A stretch of DNA of 50,807 nt from positions 1 to 50,807 of the forward strand of contig QKHE01000006.1 of the NCBI GenBank assembly GCA_003250155.1, in the 5' to 3' direction. The notes under the pieces were generated by a model that was given only the letters and a program-made list of their open reading frames with translations, did no database searches and had not been told where the DNA came from. The position numbers and the translations under genes were made by a program. This document shows, piece after piece, positions 8,273 through 16,899 of this stretch (its first letter is position 1; every line of letters begins with the position of its first letter). This DNA comes from Chloroflexota bacterium. GTDB taxonomy: Bacteria > Chloroflexota > Limnocylindria > Limnocylindrales > CSP1-4.

Positions 8273-9927
8273 TGGCCGATCTGCCGCTGCTGTCGATCGT
8301 GACCTTCGCGCCGCTCGTCGGCGCGCTGGTCATCGCGTTCGCCCCGGCCCGCTGGGCGCGGCTGCTGGCGCTGGCAACCGCGCTGGCGACGTGGCTCGTG
8401 TCGCTCTACGCCGTGACCCGCTTCGACCCCGCGCTCAGCGGCTTCCAGCTCGTCGAGGAAGTGTCGTGGATCCCGCTGTTCGGGATCGAGTACAAGCTCG
8501 GGACCGACGGGCTGGCGCTGGTCCTCGTGGTCCTGACGACGACCCTGACCTGGATCAGCATCCTGGCGAGCTTCAAGCCGATCCAGACGCGGATCAAGGA
8601 GTACATGGTCTCGTTCCTGATCCTCGAGGTCGGGATGGTCGGCGTGTTCCTCGCCCTCGACACCTTCCTGTTCTACATCTTCTGGGAGGTCGTCCTCGTC
8701 CCGATGTACCTGATCATCGGCATCTGGGGCGGCGCGAACCGGATCTACGCGACGATCAAGTTCGTCCTGTACACGCTCGTCGGGTCGCTGCTGATGCTGG
8801 TCGCGATCCTGGCCACCGCGTTCGCCTTCCAGGAGGCCAACGGCGGCAGCTGGGTCGGCGCATTCGACTTCGAGGTCCTCCGGGCGCACGCGGCGACAGC
8901 GGGCTTCGGCGACGCCCTGCAGATGCTGGCTTTCGCGGCCTTCTTCCTGGCCTTCGCGATCAAGATCCCGATGGTCCCGTTCCACACCTGGCTGCCGGAC
9001 GCCCACGTCGAGGCGCCGACCGCGGGCTCGGTGATCCTGGCCGGGATCCTGCTCAAGCTCGGCGGCTACGGCTTCATCCGCTACAACCTGGCGCTGTACC
9101 CCGACGCTGCCCAGGCGTACGCACCCTTGATCGTGCTCCTGAGCGTCATCGCGATCATCTACGGCGCGATCGTGGCGATGGTCCAGCCCGACCTCAAGAA
9201 GCTCGTCGCCTACTCGTCCGTCAGCCACATGGGCTTCGTGACCCTCGGCATCTTCATCTTCCAGCCGCAGGCGATGGACGGCGCGATCCTGCAGATGGTC
9301 AACCACGGCCTGATCACGGGCGCGCTGTTCCTGCTCGTCGGCGTGATCTACGAGCGGACCCACGATCGGACGATCGCCAAGATGGGCGGCCTGGCCGGCC
9401 TGACGCCGGTCTATGCCGCGGTCTTCGGCTTCTTCGTCTTCGCCTCGGCCGGGCTGCCCGGCCTGTCGGGCTTCGTCGGCGAGTTCCTGGCGCTGCTCGG
9501 CACGTTCGTCGTCAACCCGTGGGCCGCCGGCGTCGCCGCGCTGGTCATGATCCTCGGCGCGGCGTACCTGCTGTGGATGTTCCAGCGAGTGGTCTTCGGT
9601 GAGCCATCGGAGTTCCTGCTGGGCATCCGCTCGCACCTCTCCGACATGACGCCGACCGAGATCCTGACGCTCGCGCCGCTGGGCGCGCTCGTGGTCGTCT
9701 TCGGGCTCTTCCCCGGGATCCTCCTCGACCTCATCGGAGGCAGCGTGACGAGCGCCCTCGACGCCGTCGGGCACGGCAGCGCGATCAGCGTCGACCCGCT
9801 GGTTCCGGCGGTCGGGCTCGGCATCGTCGTCGCGGCGGTCATCGTGCAGCTGGCGAACGCGCTGTTCGGCGGCGGCGGGGCCGGCGAGGACCAGCCCGGC
9901 GAAGCGGCCCCCGAGGGCGCGTCATGA
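8272..9927 (+). CDS. nuoM: NADH-quinone oxidoreductase subunit M
   Basis: The start MADLPLLSIV overlaps the nuoL stop (ATGA at 8270-8274). Motifs seen: FYIFWEVVLVPMYLIIGIWGG, KIPMVPFHTWLPDAHVEAPTAGSVILAGILLKLGGYG. Confidence 0.95.
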   Translation: MADLPLLSIVTFAPLVGALVIAFAPARWARLLALATALATWLVSLYAVTRFDPALSGFQLVEEVSWIPLFGIEYKLGTDGLALVLVVLTTTLTWISILASFKPIQTRIKEYMVSFLILEVGMVGVFLALDTFLFYIFWEVVLVPMYLIIGIWGGANRIYATIKFVLYTLVGSLLMLVAILATAFAFQEANGGSWVGAFDFEVLRAHAATAGFGDALQMLAFAAFFLAFAIKIPMVPFHTWLPDAHVEAPTAGSVILAGILLKLGGYGFIRYNLALYPDAAQAYAPLIVLLSVIAIIYGAIVAMVQPDLKKLVAYSSVSHMGFVTLGIFIFQPQAMDGAILQMVNHGLITGALFLLVGVIYERTHDRTIAKMGGLAGLTPVYAAVFGFFVFASAGLPGLSGFVGEFLALLGTFVVNPWAAGVAALVMILGAAYLLWMFQRVVFGEPSEFLLGIRSHLSDMTPTEILTLAPLGALVVVFGLFPGILLDLIGGSVTSALDAVGHGSAISVDPLVPAVGLGIVVAAVIVQLANALFGGGGAGEDQPGEAAPEGAS

Positions 9928-11390
9928 GCGACCTCGCGACGATCGCCCCGTTCGCGCTGGCGGTCGGCCTCGCGCTCCTCGTCCTGGCCGTCGACATCGC
10001 CTGGCCGGGCCGGCGGGGAGCCGTTCTCGGCACGACGCTCGTGGGCCTGCTGATGGTCGCGGCCGCGACGCTCGACGTCGGCTCGGGCGGCGCGCGCATC
10101 ACGGCTTTCGACGGGGCCTACGTCGTCGATCCGCTGACGACGTTCCTGGACCTGCTGTTCATCGGCATCGTGGCCTTCACGATCGTGTTCGCGCCCGACT
10201 ACCTCGAGCCGCGCGGCCTGCCGCTCGGCGAGTTCGCGGTCGTGCTGCTGTTCGCGATGACCGGCGCGATGCTCATCTCGGCGTCGGCCGACCTGCTGGT
10301 GCTGTTCATCGCCCTCGAGCTGATGGTCCTGCCCGGCTACATGCTGGCCGGCTACCACAAGACCGACGGCTACTCGACCGAGGGCGCGATCAAGTACTTC
10401 CTGCTCGGCTCGTTCAGCTCGGCCATCTTCCTGTTCGGGCTGGCGTTCGTGTGGGGCTTGCTCGGGACGACGCGCATCGAGGACATCCAGGCGGCGCTGA
10501 CCGGCGGGGCCGCCAGCTCGCCGGCGCTCGTGATGGGCCTCGCGTTCCTGACGACCGGCGTGGCCTTCAAGATCGCCGCCGTGCCGTTCCATTACTGGAC
10601 GCCCGACGCGTACCAGGGCTCGCCGACGCCGGTCACCGGCTACCTGTCGGTCGGCCCGAAGGTCGGCGCGTTCGCGCTCGTCCTGCGGCTCTTCGTCGAG
10701 GCGCTCGGCCCGCTCAGCGCCGACTGGGTCCAGGTCGTGATCGTCCTGGCGGTGCTCACGATGACGCTGGGCAACCTCGTCGCGCTGACCCAGACCAACG
10801 TCAAGCGGATGCTCGCCTACTCCTCGATCGCCCACACCGGCTACATGCTCGTCGGCCTGGCGGCGTTCGCCGTCGGCCGGCTGGAGGGCCTCGAGGGCCT
10901 GCTGTACTACGGCGCCGCGTATGCGGTCATGAACCTCGGCGCGTTCGCCGTCGTCGGCGCGATCCAGCGCCGGGCGGGCGTGACCTCGGGGCTGGCGACC
11001 TTCGCCGGGCTCGGCCGGCGCGAGCCGTGGCTGGCGGTCCTGATGACGCTGTTCCTGCTGTCGCTGACCGGCATCCCGCCGACGGCCGGCTTCTTCGCCA
11101 AGGCCTACGTCATCCTCGCCGCGGTCCAGGCCAGCCAGGCCGGCTCGGCGGCGCTCGGCGTGCTGGCCGTGGTCGCCGTCCTCAACGCCGCCGCGGCCGC
11201 CTTCTACTACCTCCGCGTCGTCGTCTACATGTTCATGCGCGAGCCCGATTCGGAGCAGCCGGTCCTGGCCCACGGGCGGCTGCTGTGGGGCGGCCTCGTC
11301 GCGGCGAGCGTGCTGACCGTGATCCTGGGCCTGCTGCCGGGTCCGCTCCTCGACGTCGTCGGCCAGGCCGCCCGCGCGATCGGCAGCTGA
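9924..11390 (+). CDS. nuoN: NADH-quinone oxidoreductase subunit N
   Basis: Its start overlaps the nuoM stop. Motifs seen: LELMVLPGYMLAGY, FKIAAVPFHYWTPDAYQGSPTPVTGYLSVGPK, MLAYSSIAHTGYML. Confidence 0.93.
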   Translation: MSDLATIAPFALAVGLALLVLAVDIAWPGRRGAVLGTTLVGLLMVAAATLDVGSGGARITAFDGAYVVDPLTTFLDLLFIGIVAFTIVFAPDYLEPRGLPLGEFAVVLLFAMTGAMLISASADLLVLFIALELMVLPGYMLAGYHKTDGYSTEGAIKYFLLGSFSSAIFLFGLAFVWGLLGTTRIEDIQAALTGGAASSPALVMGLAFLTTGVAFKIAAVPFHYWTPDAYQGSPTPVTGYLSVGPKVGAFALVLRLFVEALGPLSADWVQVVIVLAVLTMTLGNLVALTQTNVKRMLAYSSIAHTGYMLVGLAAFAVGRLEGLEGLLYYGAAYAVMNLGAFAVVGAIQRRAGVTSGLATFAGLGRREPWLAVLMTLFLLSLTGIPPTAGFFAKAYVILAAVQASQAGSAALGVLAVVAVLNAAAAAFYYLRVVVYMFMREPDSEQPVLAHGRLLWGGLVAASVLTVILGLLPGPLLDVVGQAARAIGS

Positions 11391-11433
11391 CCGGGGACCT
11401 ATCGGACCCCGTCGACCGCCTGCACCGCGGCCG

Positions 11434-12147
11434 ATGCTAGGCTTCCGCGCCGTGGACACCGTGAGCAACCGGATTCGGCTTCGTCTCGTGCCGGCCCTGC
11501 TGACGGCCAGCGGCGTGATCCTGCTCGCGAGCGGCCTCCTGTCGTACACGACCGCGATCGAGGCGCCGCCGCCGCCACTGTCGCTGGCGAGCTTCGAGCC
11601 GCTGCCGACGATCCCGACGACCGTCGTCCTCCCGGGCGCCGGCGCGACCGCCGAGCCGACGTTCCCGGCCGATCGCGTGGTCACCCGCGTCGTCGTCCGG
11701 CGGCTCGGCATCGACCTGCCGATCATCCTCCAGCAGGACGACGTCCATGGCGCCTTCCCGCTGTGCGACGTCGCGCTCTACCTGCCGTTCATGGGCCAGC
11801 CCGGCCAGGGTCGGGCGACGTACATCTATGCCCACGCCCGGACCGGGATGTTCCTGCCGCTGCTGACCGAATCACGCCGCAACAACGGCGCCCGGATGAT
11901 CGGCTGGACGGTCGAGGTCTACACCAGCGACAACTGGCGCTTCCTGTACAGGATCGTCGAGGTCCGTCGCCACATCAGGAGCCTCGACGCGGCCAACAGG
12001 GCGGACTGGGAGTCGGTCTGGCTGCAGACCTCGGAGGGTCCGTACGAGTCGTCGACCAAGCTCCAGGTCGTCGCCAACTTCGACTCGGCCGCGCCCGCCG
12101 ACCCGGCCGACGCCCACCCCAAGGCCAAGCCCCGCGTCTGCGTCTAA
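11434..12147 (+). CDS. Membrane-anchored sortase-like protein in which Ser replaces the canonical catalytic Cys.
   Basis: It has an N-terminal TM segment (LVPALLTASGVILLASGLL). The blocks follow sortase order: VVRRLGIDLPIIL (substrate-groove strand), ATYIYAHARTGMFLPL (His block), GWTVEVYTSDNWRFLYRIVEV, then VWLQTSEG where sortases have LxLxTC, then KLQVVANF. This call is by eye only. Confidence 0.45.
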   Translation: MLGFRAVDTVSNRIRLRLVPALLTASGVILLASGLLSYTTAIEAPPPPLSLASFEPLPTIPTTVVLPGAGATAEPTFPADRVVTRVVVRRLGIDLPIILQQDDVHGAFPLCDVALYLPFMGQPGQGRATYIYAHARTGMFLPLLTESRRNNGARMIGWTVEVYTSDNWRFLYRIVEVRRHIRSLDAANRADWESVWLQTSEGPYESSTKLQVVANFDSAAPADPADAHPKAKPRVCV

Positions 12148-12161
12148 GCCGGGCGATCGCC

Positions 12162-13817
12162 CTACGCGGCCGTGGCGGGCCGTTCCGCGGTTCGTCGCAG
12201 GGCCAGGGCCGCGGGGATCGCGAGCGCCAGCACGGCGGCCGCGACGAGGAAGATGCCGACCAGGATCCGGGCGGCCTCGCCCGAGGCCCACGCCTCGAGC
12301 GCCTGCACGACGAGGCCGTCCTCGAGCGGTCGGTCCTGCAGCGACGGCGGGATGAACGACTTGTACGCGTCCGGGGTCGCGTAGACGGCCGCCCAGAGGC
12401 GGTCGATGACCGTCGAGCCGAAGGCCGTCAGGACGGCCAGGCCGATGGCCATGCCGATCATTCGGGCGACGGTCACCGTCGCCGAGGCAACGCCGAACGC
12501 CGTCCGGCCGAGGGCCTCGACCGCGGCCGTCGAGCGTGGTGTCACCGTCAGCCCGAAGCCGGCCCCGAAGGCGGCGAGGACGACCGCGACCTCGGCCAGG
12601 CTGGTCGACGGCGTCCAGGTGGCCATCGCGGCCAGTCCCGCGATCGCGAGGCCCAGCCCGACGACCGTCGTCAGCCGCAGGCCGACGGCGCGCAGCACGA
12701 GGCCCGACGCGAGCGCCCCGGCGGCGGTGGCCGCGGCGAGCGACCCGAGCGCGATCCGCTGCACGTCCGGCCCGCCGTACAGGACTCGGTCGACGAACAC
12801 GGCGCCGCCGATGATCGCGGTCGCGAAGCCGTAGCCGGTCAGGAGCGAGACGAGCGCCGCGGACGCGAAGCCGGGGGCCCGGAACCAGCCCGGGTCGATG
12901 AACGGCTCGGCACGCCGGGCGCCGACGACCAGCGCGACGACGATCGCGACCGCGGCGGCGAGGCCGAAGCCGGCGACGAGCGCCGGCCAGTCGAGGCCGA
13001 GGGCCGGGGCCGGGTCGGCGCCGGCGATCGTCAGCCCGACGAGGAGCAGCCCGAGCCCGATCGAGAAGGCGCTCGCCCCGGCGAGATCCAGGCGTCCACC
13101 GCGGCGGGCAGTGTCCCAGTCCGTCGTCGCGGCCCAGCCGATCGACAGCGCGATGATCCCGATCGGGACGTTGACGTAGAAGACGTAGCGCCACGGCGCC
13201 CCGAGGGCATCGGTCAGCGTCGCGGCCAGCTCGCGCTCCACGCGCAGCGAGCCGAGGAACGCGTCCGGGTGGATGGCCTGCATGATCCACGCCCCGGCGA
13301 AGGGGCCGGCGGCCATGCCGAGGAACGTCAGGGCCCCGATCACGCCGAGCGCGCGGGGCCGGGCCGCGCCATCGAACAGATGCGACGCCGCCGCGGTCGC
13401 GACCGGCACCAGCGCGCCGCCGCCGAGCGCCTGGACCAGCCGCGCGGCGATGAGCTCCTCGAGGGTCTGGGCCCGGCCGGCGAGGGCGGACCCGATCACG
13501 AACACGACGAGCGCACCCAGGAACAGCCGCCGGACGCCCCACCGATCGGCCAGCCGCCCGGCCAGCGGCATCGTCACGATCGACACGAGCAGGTAGCCAT
13601 TGACGATCCAGGATGCGGTCCGGAGCTGCCGCCAGTCGGCGAGGTCGGTCAGGATCGCCGGCAGCGCGACGGCCGTGATCATGAGCTCCAGACCGGCAAG
13701 GAAGACCCCGGTGCCCATGACGGCGAGCAGGACGATCGAGGCGCCGCGTGCCACCAAGGGAGTGTAGGCACGAGTTGCCGGGCCGGACCCGGGGCCTGCA
13801 ATTGAGCCCTTCATCAA
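12162..13817 (-). CDS. MFS transporter, DHA2 (14-TMS, EmrB/QacA-like) drug:H+ antiporter family.
   Basis: N-terminal signature FLAGLELMITAVALPAILTDL...SWIVNGYLLVSIVTMPLAGRLADRWGVRRLFL. It is about 550 aa with many TM segments and lies downstream of tetR on the same strand. Confidence 0.9.
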   Translation of the reverse strand: MMKGSIAGPGSGPATRAYTPLVARGASIVLLAVMGTGVFLAGLELMITAVALPAILTDLADWRQLRTASWIVNGYLLVSIVTMPLAGRLADRWGVRRLFLGALVVFVIGSALAGRAQTLEELIAARLVQALGGGALVPVATAAASHLFDGAARPRALGVIGALTFLGMAAGPFAGAWIMQAIHPDAFLGSLRVERELAATLTDALGAPWRYVFYVNVPIGIIALSIGWAATTDWDTARRGGRLDLAGASAFSIGLGLLLVGLTIAGADPAPALGLDWPALVAGFGLAAAVAIVVALVVGARRAEPFIDPGWFRAPGFASAALVSLLTGYGFATAIIGGAVFVDRVLYGGPDVQRIALGSLAAATAAGALASGLVLRAVGLRLTTVVGLGLAIAGLAAMATWTPSTSLAEVAVVLAAFGAGFGLTVTPRSTAAVEALGRTAFGVASATVTVARMIGMAIGLAVLTAFGSTVIDRLWAAVYATPDAYKSFIPPSLQDRPLEDGLVVQALEAWASGEAARILVGIFLVAAAVLALAIPAALALRRTAERPATAA

Positions 13818-14046
13818 GAGGGCATCCGCCCGAGCGGTGATGACAGTAGCGCGGGCACCGACTCCCTAGCGGCGGTCGGTGACGCGCTTCCATGGGCGCA
13901 CCCCGCTGGCCAAGAGCCGCAGAGCTGATCTGGAGTCACTGTCGCCCGCCGGCCGGCACCGAGATCGTTCCAGAGTGGATTTGACCCCCCCCAGCCTTCC
14001 GTCGCCCCAGCGTTGGAGAAGGTAGTGTGGCTCCGGTTCCCGCGCG

Positions 14047-14799
14047 TTAGGCGTGGAGCCGGGCTTCAATCCCGGCGATCTGGATGTCGAGACCGACTTC
14101 GAACTGCGCGTCGATCGACCGCCGCCCGATGACCGGCACGACGGCGCGGATCGCGGCGAACCGATCCGAGGGCAGCGATCCGAGGTACTCGACCCCCTCG
14201 CGCTGGGCCTCCCGAAACTCCGGACTCCGGCTGGACGTCGCCATCGACCCAAGGGCGAACAGGTAGAGCGACTGGTAGGCGTCGAAGGCCGCTTCCGGGG
14301 TGAAGCCGGCGTCGAGGAGGATGGCGAGGATCCGCTCGAATAAGGCGATGCCTGCGGGCCCGTAGCGAGCCCGGCCGATCAGGATGTCGCCAGTGTTCGG
14401 GTGGCGGAGGAAGCCCTGGAACATCGCGCGGTGAACGTCGCGGAGCTGCTCGCGCCAGTCACCCCGCGGCGACGGGAGCTCCACTTCCTCCAGGACGGCG
14501 TGGCCCACGAACTCGAGGAGCTCGTCCTTGTCGCGGACGTGCCAGTACATCGACATCGGGGTCACGCCGAGGGCCTCGGCGAGCCGCCGCAGCGAGAAGC
14601 CAGCGACGCCGTCGCGATCGATGATGGCGAGGGCTGCCTCGACGATCTGCCCCCGGCTGAGTGGCGGGCGCGGGGAGCGCCTCCGCCGTCGCGCGGGTGC
14701 GGCGATCCAAGGCGGGAGCGGCACACCTGACGGGACCGGTTGAGCCCGTCCTGCGCCGCGTGCCCCCGGCTCCGACGGCGGTTTGGTCTGTGCGGTCAT
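14047..14799 (-). CDS. TetR/AcrR-family transcriptional regulator
   Basis: HTH block LSRGQIVEAALAIIDRDGVAGFSLRRLAEALGVTPMSMYWHVRDKDELLEF. It has an N-terminal Pro/Arg-rich extension of about 45 aa, so the true start may be internal. Confidence 0.9.
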   Translation of the reverse strand: MTAQTKPPSEPGARGAGRAQPVPSGVPLPPWIAAPARRRRRSPRPPLSRGQIVEAALAIIDRDGVAGFSLRRLAEALGVTPMSMYWHVRDKDELLEFVGHAVLEEVELPSPRGDWREQLRDVHRAMFQGFLRHPNTGDILIGRARYGPAGIALFERILAILLDAGFTPEAAFDAYQSLYLFALGSMATSSRSPEFREAQREGVEYLGSLPSDRFAAIRAVVPVIGRRSIDAQFEVGLDIQIAGIEARLHA

Positions 14800-14818
14800 G
14801 CTGCCCCTTGCATTCCTC

Positions 14819-14841
14819 TACGCTGTATGATATACATCGTA
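14819..14841. promoter_or_regulatory. Imperfect 10-3-10 palindrome in an AT-rich divergent promoter region; a candidate TetR operator.
   Basis: TACGCTGTAT-GAT-ATACATCGTA, with 9 of 10 arm positions complementary. It lies in the 96-bp gap between tetR (-) and the small membrane protein genes (+). The gap is conspicuously AT-rich for this genome. Confidence 0.45.
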
Positions 14842-14895
14842 CGTTGATAGTACACCGTATATGGCGTCCCCGCAAGCCGAAAGGAAGCGAGCACC

Positions 14896-15282
14896 ATGGC
14901 AACGACCTTCGGGAACGTCATCGCCGGGACGGTGGACCTTCTGGTTCGCTGGATCGTGATCCCGGTCACGTCCGTCATCCCGCCGCTGGTCAGGAGCGGG
15001 ATCCTGCTCGCGGTCTACTCCGGCCTGTGGCTGGCATTCGGGGTCGGGCTGGTCGTAAACCGAGACGCGATCGGCGACCTTTGGCAGGGCCTGGCGAGCC
15101 TGCCCCTGCCGATCCAGGCGGGCGCCTGGCTCCTGTTCCTCCCGCTCACCGCCGGCCTCTGGGTCTGGGGCACCGACTGGGCCGAACCAGCCCGCCTGGT
15201 GGTCATCGCCGGACTCGCCGGCTGGAACCTCCTGGTCTTCCTGCCTCGCCGCGGGACCTCCCCCGATCCAGCCGCAGCCTGA
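14896..15282 (+). CDS. Small integral membrane protein of unknown function (paralog A).
   Basis: An AAGGAAG Shine-Dalgarno-like sequence lies 8-14 nt upstream of the ATG. There are about 4 predicted TM helices. It shares IV(I/V)PVTSVIP...SGIL...LP(L)xIQ..(A/G)WLL.LP...GLW(V/I)W...W....RL.VIA.LAGWNLLV.LP with the next ORF. Confidence 0.6.
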   Translation: MATTFGNVIAGTVDLLVRWIVIPVTSVIPPLVRSGILLAVYSGLWLAFGVGLVVNRDAIGDLWQGLASLPLPIQAGAWLLFLPLTAGLWVWGTDWAEPARLVVIAGLAGWNLLVFLPRRGTSPDPAAA

Positions 15283-15326
15283 AGCGGTGAGTCGGCACTC
15301 AGATGGGAGCCGTAGGAGAAATCGAC

Positions 15327-15665
15327 ATGGACGCCCTGATCGTCGCCCTCGTCAATGGCATCGTCGTTCCGGTGACGAGCGTCATCCCGGTCCTCGCGTC
15401 AAGCGGGATCCTGTTCCTCGTCTTCGCCGCGCTGTGGGGCCTCTTCGCCGCAACACTCCTTCGAGACCGGCGAGCCCTGGACGCGGCGTGGATTCGGATC
15501 CGGCGCCTGCCGCTCGTGATCCAGGGCTTCGGATGGCTGCTGGCCCTGCCGGTCCTCATCGGCCTCTGGATCTGGCGGCGTCAGTGGCCCGCGGCCGGCC
15601 GCCTCGCAGTGATCGCCGCGCTCGCCGGGTGGAATCTCCTCGTCATGCTTCCGGAGCCGGCCTGA
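15327..15665 (+). CDS. Small integral membrane protein of unknown function (paralog B).
   Basis: It is roughly 50% identical by eye to 14896-15282. I prefer the start at MDALIV (15327) because GGAGAA lies 7 nt upstream and the alignment with paralog A begins there. The ORF track starts at 15303. Confidence 0.6.
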   Translation: MDALIVALVNGIVVPVTSVIPVLASSGILFLVFAALWGLFAATLLRDRRALDAAWIRIRRLPLVIQGFGWLLALPVLIGLWIWRRQWPAAGRLAVIAALAGWNLLVMLPEPA

Positions 15666-15758
15666 ACATCGGGTCGGTCAGGCAGCCAGGCGCCGCATCG
15701 ACCAGAAACGAGCGGTTCCGCGTAGCGTTATCCGGTCGATCGCAGCCCCCTGCGGGGC

Positions 15759-15791
15759 TTGACACCCGGCGGAAGATCAATGCATATTGAT
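15759..15791 (+). promoter_or_regulatory. Candidate promoter with an overlapping inverted repeat upstream of the arsR-PI operon.
   Basis: TTGACA at 15759-15764, an 18-nt spacer, then CATATT at 15783-15788. The inverted repeat ATCAAT-GCAT-ATTGAT at 15776-15791 overlaps the -10 region, as autoregulated ArsR/SmtB operators often do. Another TTGAT lies about 12 nt downstream. Confidence 0.35.
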
Positions 15792-15854
15792 ATAAACTCT
15801 CGTTGATCCAACGCCCGCGGTGTCCCGCCGGGCGTCCTACCGTCGGAGCCGCCG

Positions 15855-16211
15855 TTGCCGCCGTCCCCCGCCCACATTCGAACCACCCTCGCGGCGGTCG
15901 TCGACCCGCCCGAGGAGCTCCGTGCCCTGCGCCTCGTCCACAAGGCGCTGGCCGACGTCAACCGGCTGCGGATCGTGCGCCGGTTGGCGAAGAGCGAGGC
16001 CAGCGTCTCGGAGCTGATCGAGCACGTCGGCCTGTCGCAGCCACTCGTGTCGTGGCACCTCGGCCGCCTCCGCAGCGCCGGCCTCATCGAGACACGCCGG
16101 GTGGGCCGGGAGACCGTATCGCGCCTCCTGCCGGAGGCGTTCGAGCGGTTCGCCGACCACGAGCGACGCGTCCTCGGCCTGGCCCGGACAAGGGAGCAGA
16201 CGGCGTCGTGA
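15855..16211 (+). CDS. ArsR/SmtB-family (winged-HTH) transcriptional regulator
   Basis: LADVNRLRIVRRLAKSEASVSELIEHVGLSQPLVSWHLGRLRSAGLIETRRVGRETVSRL is a typical ArsR HTH. The TTG start is taken from the ORF track and is uncertain. Confidence 0.85.
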   Translation: MPPSPAHIRTTLAAVVDPPEELRALRLVHKALADVNRLRIVRRLAKSEASVSELIEHVGLSQPLVSWHLGRLRSAGLIETRRVGRETVSRLLPEAFERFADHERRVLGLARTREQTAS

Positions 16212-16834
16212 GCGGCTCGCTCGTCTCGCCCGCGACCCGGCGCCGCGTTCGCGACCTCGCCACGCCGATCGCCCGCGGGCTCGGCCGGCTGGGCCTGACG
16301 CCGAATGCCCTGACGGTCGTCGGCTTCCTCGGCACATGCGTCGCGGCGTTCGCGGCCGCCGGCCAGGCGTGGGCCGTCGCGGGCGTCCTCGTCCTCGCCT
16401 TCGGCATCTTCGACCTGTTCGACGGCTCGCTGGCGCGGGCGACCGGGCGCGTTTCGCGCTTCGGCGCGTTCCTCGATTCGACGCTCGATCGAGCCGGCGA
16501 GGCCGTCGTCTACATCGGCATCGTTGCCGGCTGCCTTGCCATCGACCACCCGCTCGGCGCCGTCAGCGCCGCCGCGGCCATGGCCTCGGCGTTCATGGTG
16601 AGCTACACGCGGGCCAAGGCCGAGAGTCTCGGCTTCGCGCCCGCGGCAGGCATGGCGAACGTCGGCCTCGCGCCGCGCGAGGTCCGCGTGGTGATCGTCG
16701 CCATCGGGCTGCTGGCGGCGGCCGCCTCGTCCCTCGACGCATTGGCCGGAGCGCTCATCCTGATCACGGTCCTGGCCTCCCTGACCACCGTCCAGCGCAT
16801 CCTGCACGTCCGCGCGCAGGCGAAGGAGGGCTGA
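16208..16834 (+). CDS. pgsA: CDP-alcohol phosphatidyltransferase, probably phosphatidylinositol-phosphate (PIP) synthase.
   Basis: The GTG at 16208 overlaps the arsR stop (GTGA). The full CDP-alcohol motif DLFDGSLARATGRVSRFGAFLDSTLDR (D-x2-DG-x2-AR-x8-G-x3-D-x3-D) is present. The gene lies directly upstream of ino1 and in the same operon as pimA. Confidence 0.85.
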   Translation: MSGSLVSPATRRRVRDLATPIARGLGRLGLTPNALTVVGFLGTCVAAFAAAGQAWAVAGVLVLAFGIFDLFDGSLARATGRVSRFGAFLDSTLDRAGEAVVYIGIVAGCLAIDHPLGAVSAAAAMASAFMVSYTRAKAESLGFAPAAGMANVGLAPREVRVVIVAIGLLAAAASSLDALAGALILITVLASLTTVQRILHVRAQAKEG

Positions 16835-16899
16835 AGCCGGCCGCTCCCTGATCTTCGAACCCACCGGACATCCGACCACATGAGGAACTGGAGAACCAG

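Noticed and set aside
13856-13881. The hairpin CACCGAC-N12-GTCGGTG in the 230-bp spacer upstream of the MFS gene, considered as a terminator or riboswitch-like element.
   Set aside because: It has a 7-bp stem with a 12-nt loop and no U-tract on either strand. I recognise no conserved riboswitch motif. It may simply be part of the MFS 5' UTR.
13985-13992. A poly-C (C8) tract in the tetR-MFS intergenic region, considered as a possible slipped-strand phase-variation switch.
   Set aside because: An 8-nt C run is not clearly unexpected in a genome this GC-rich. It is not positioned between recognisable -35 and -10 elements or inside a coding frame. I see no supporting evidence.
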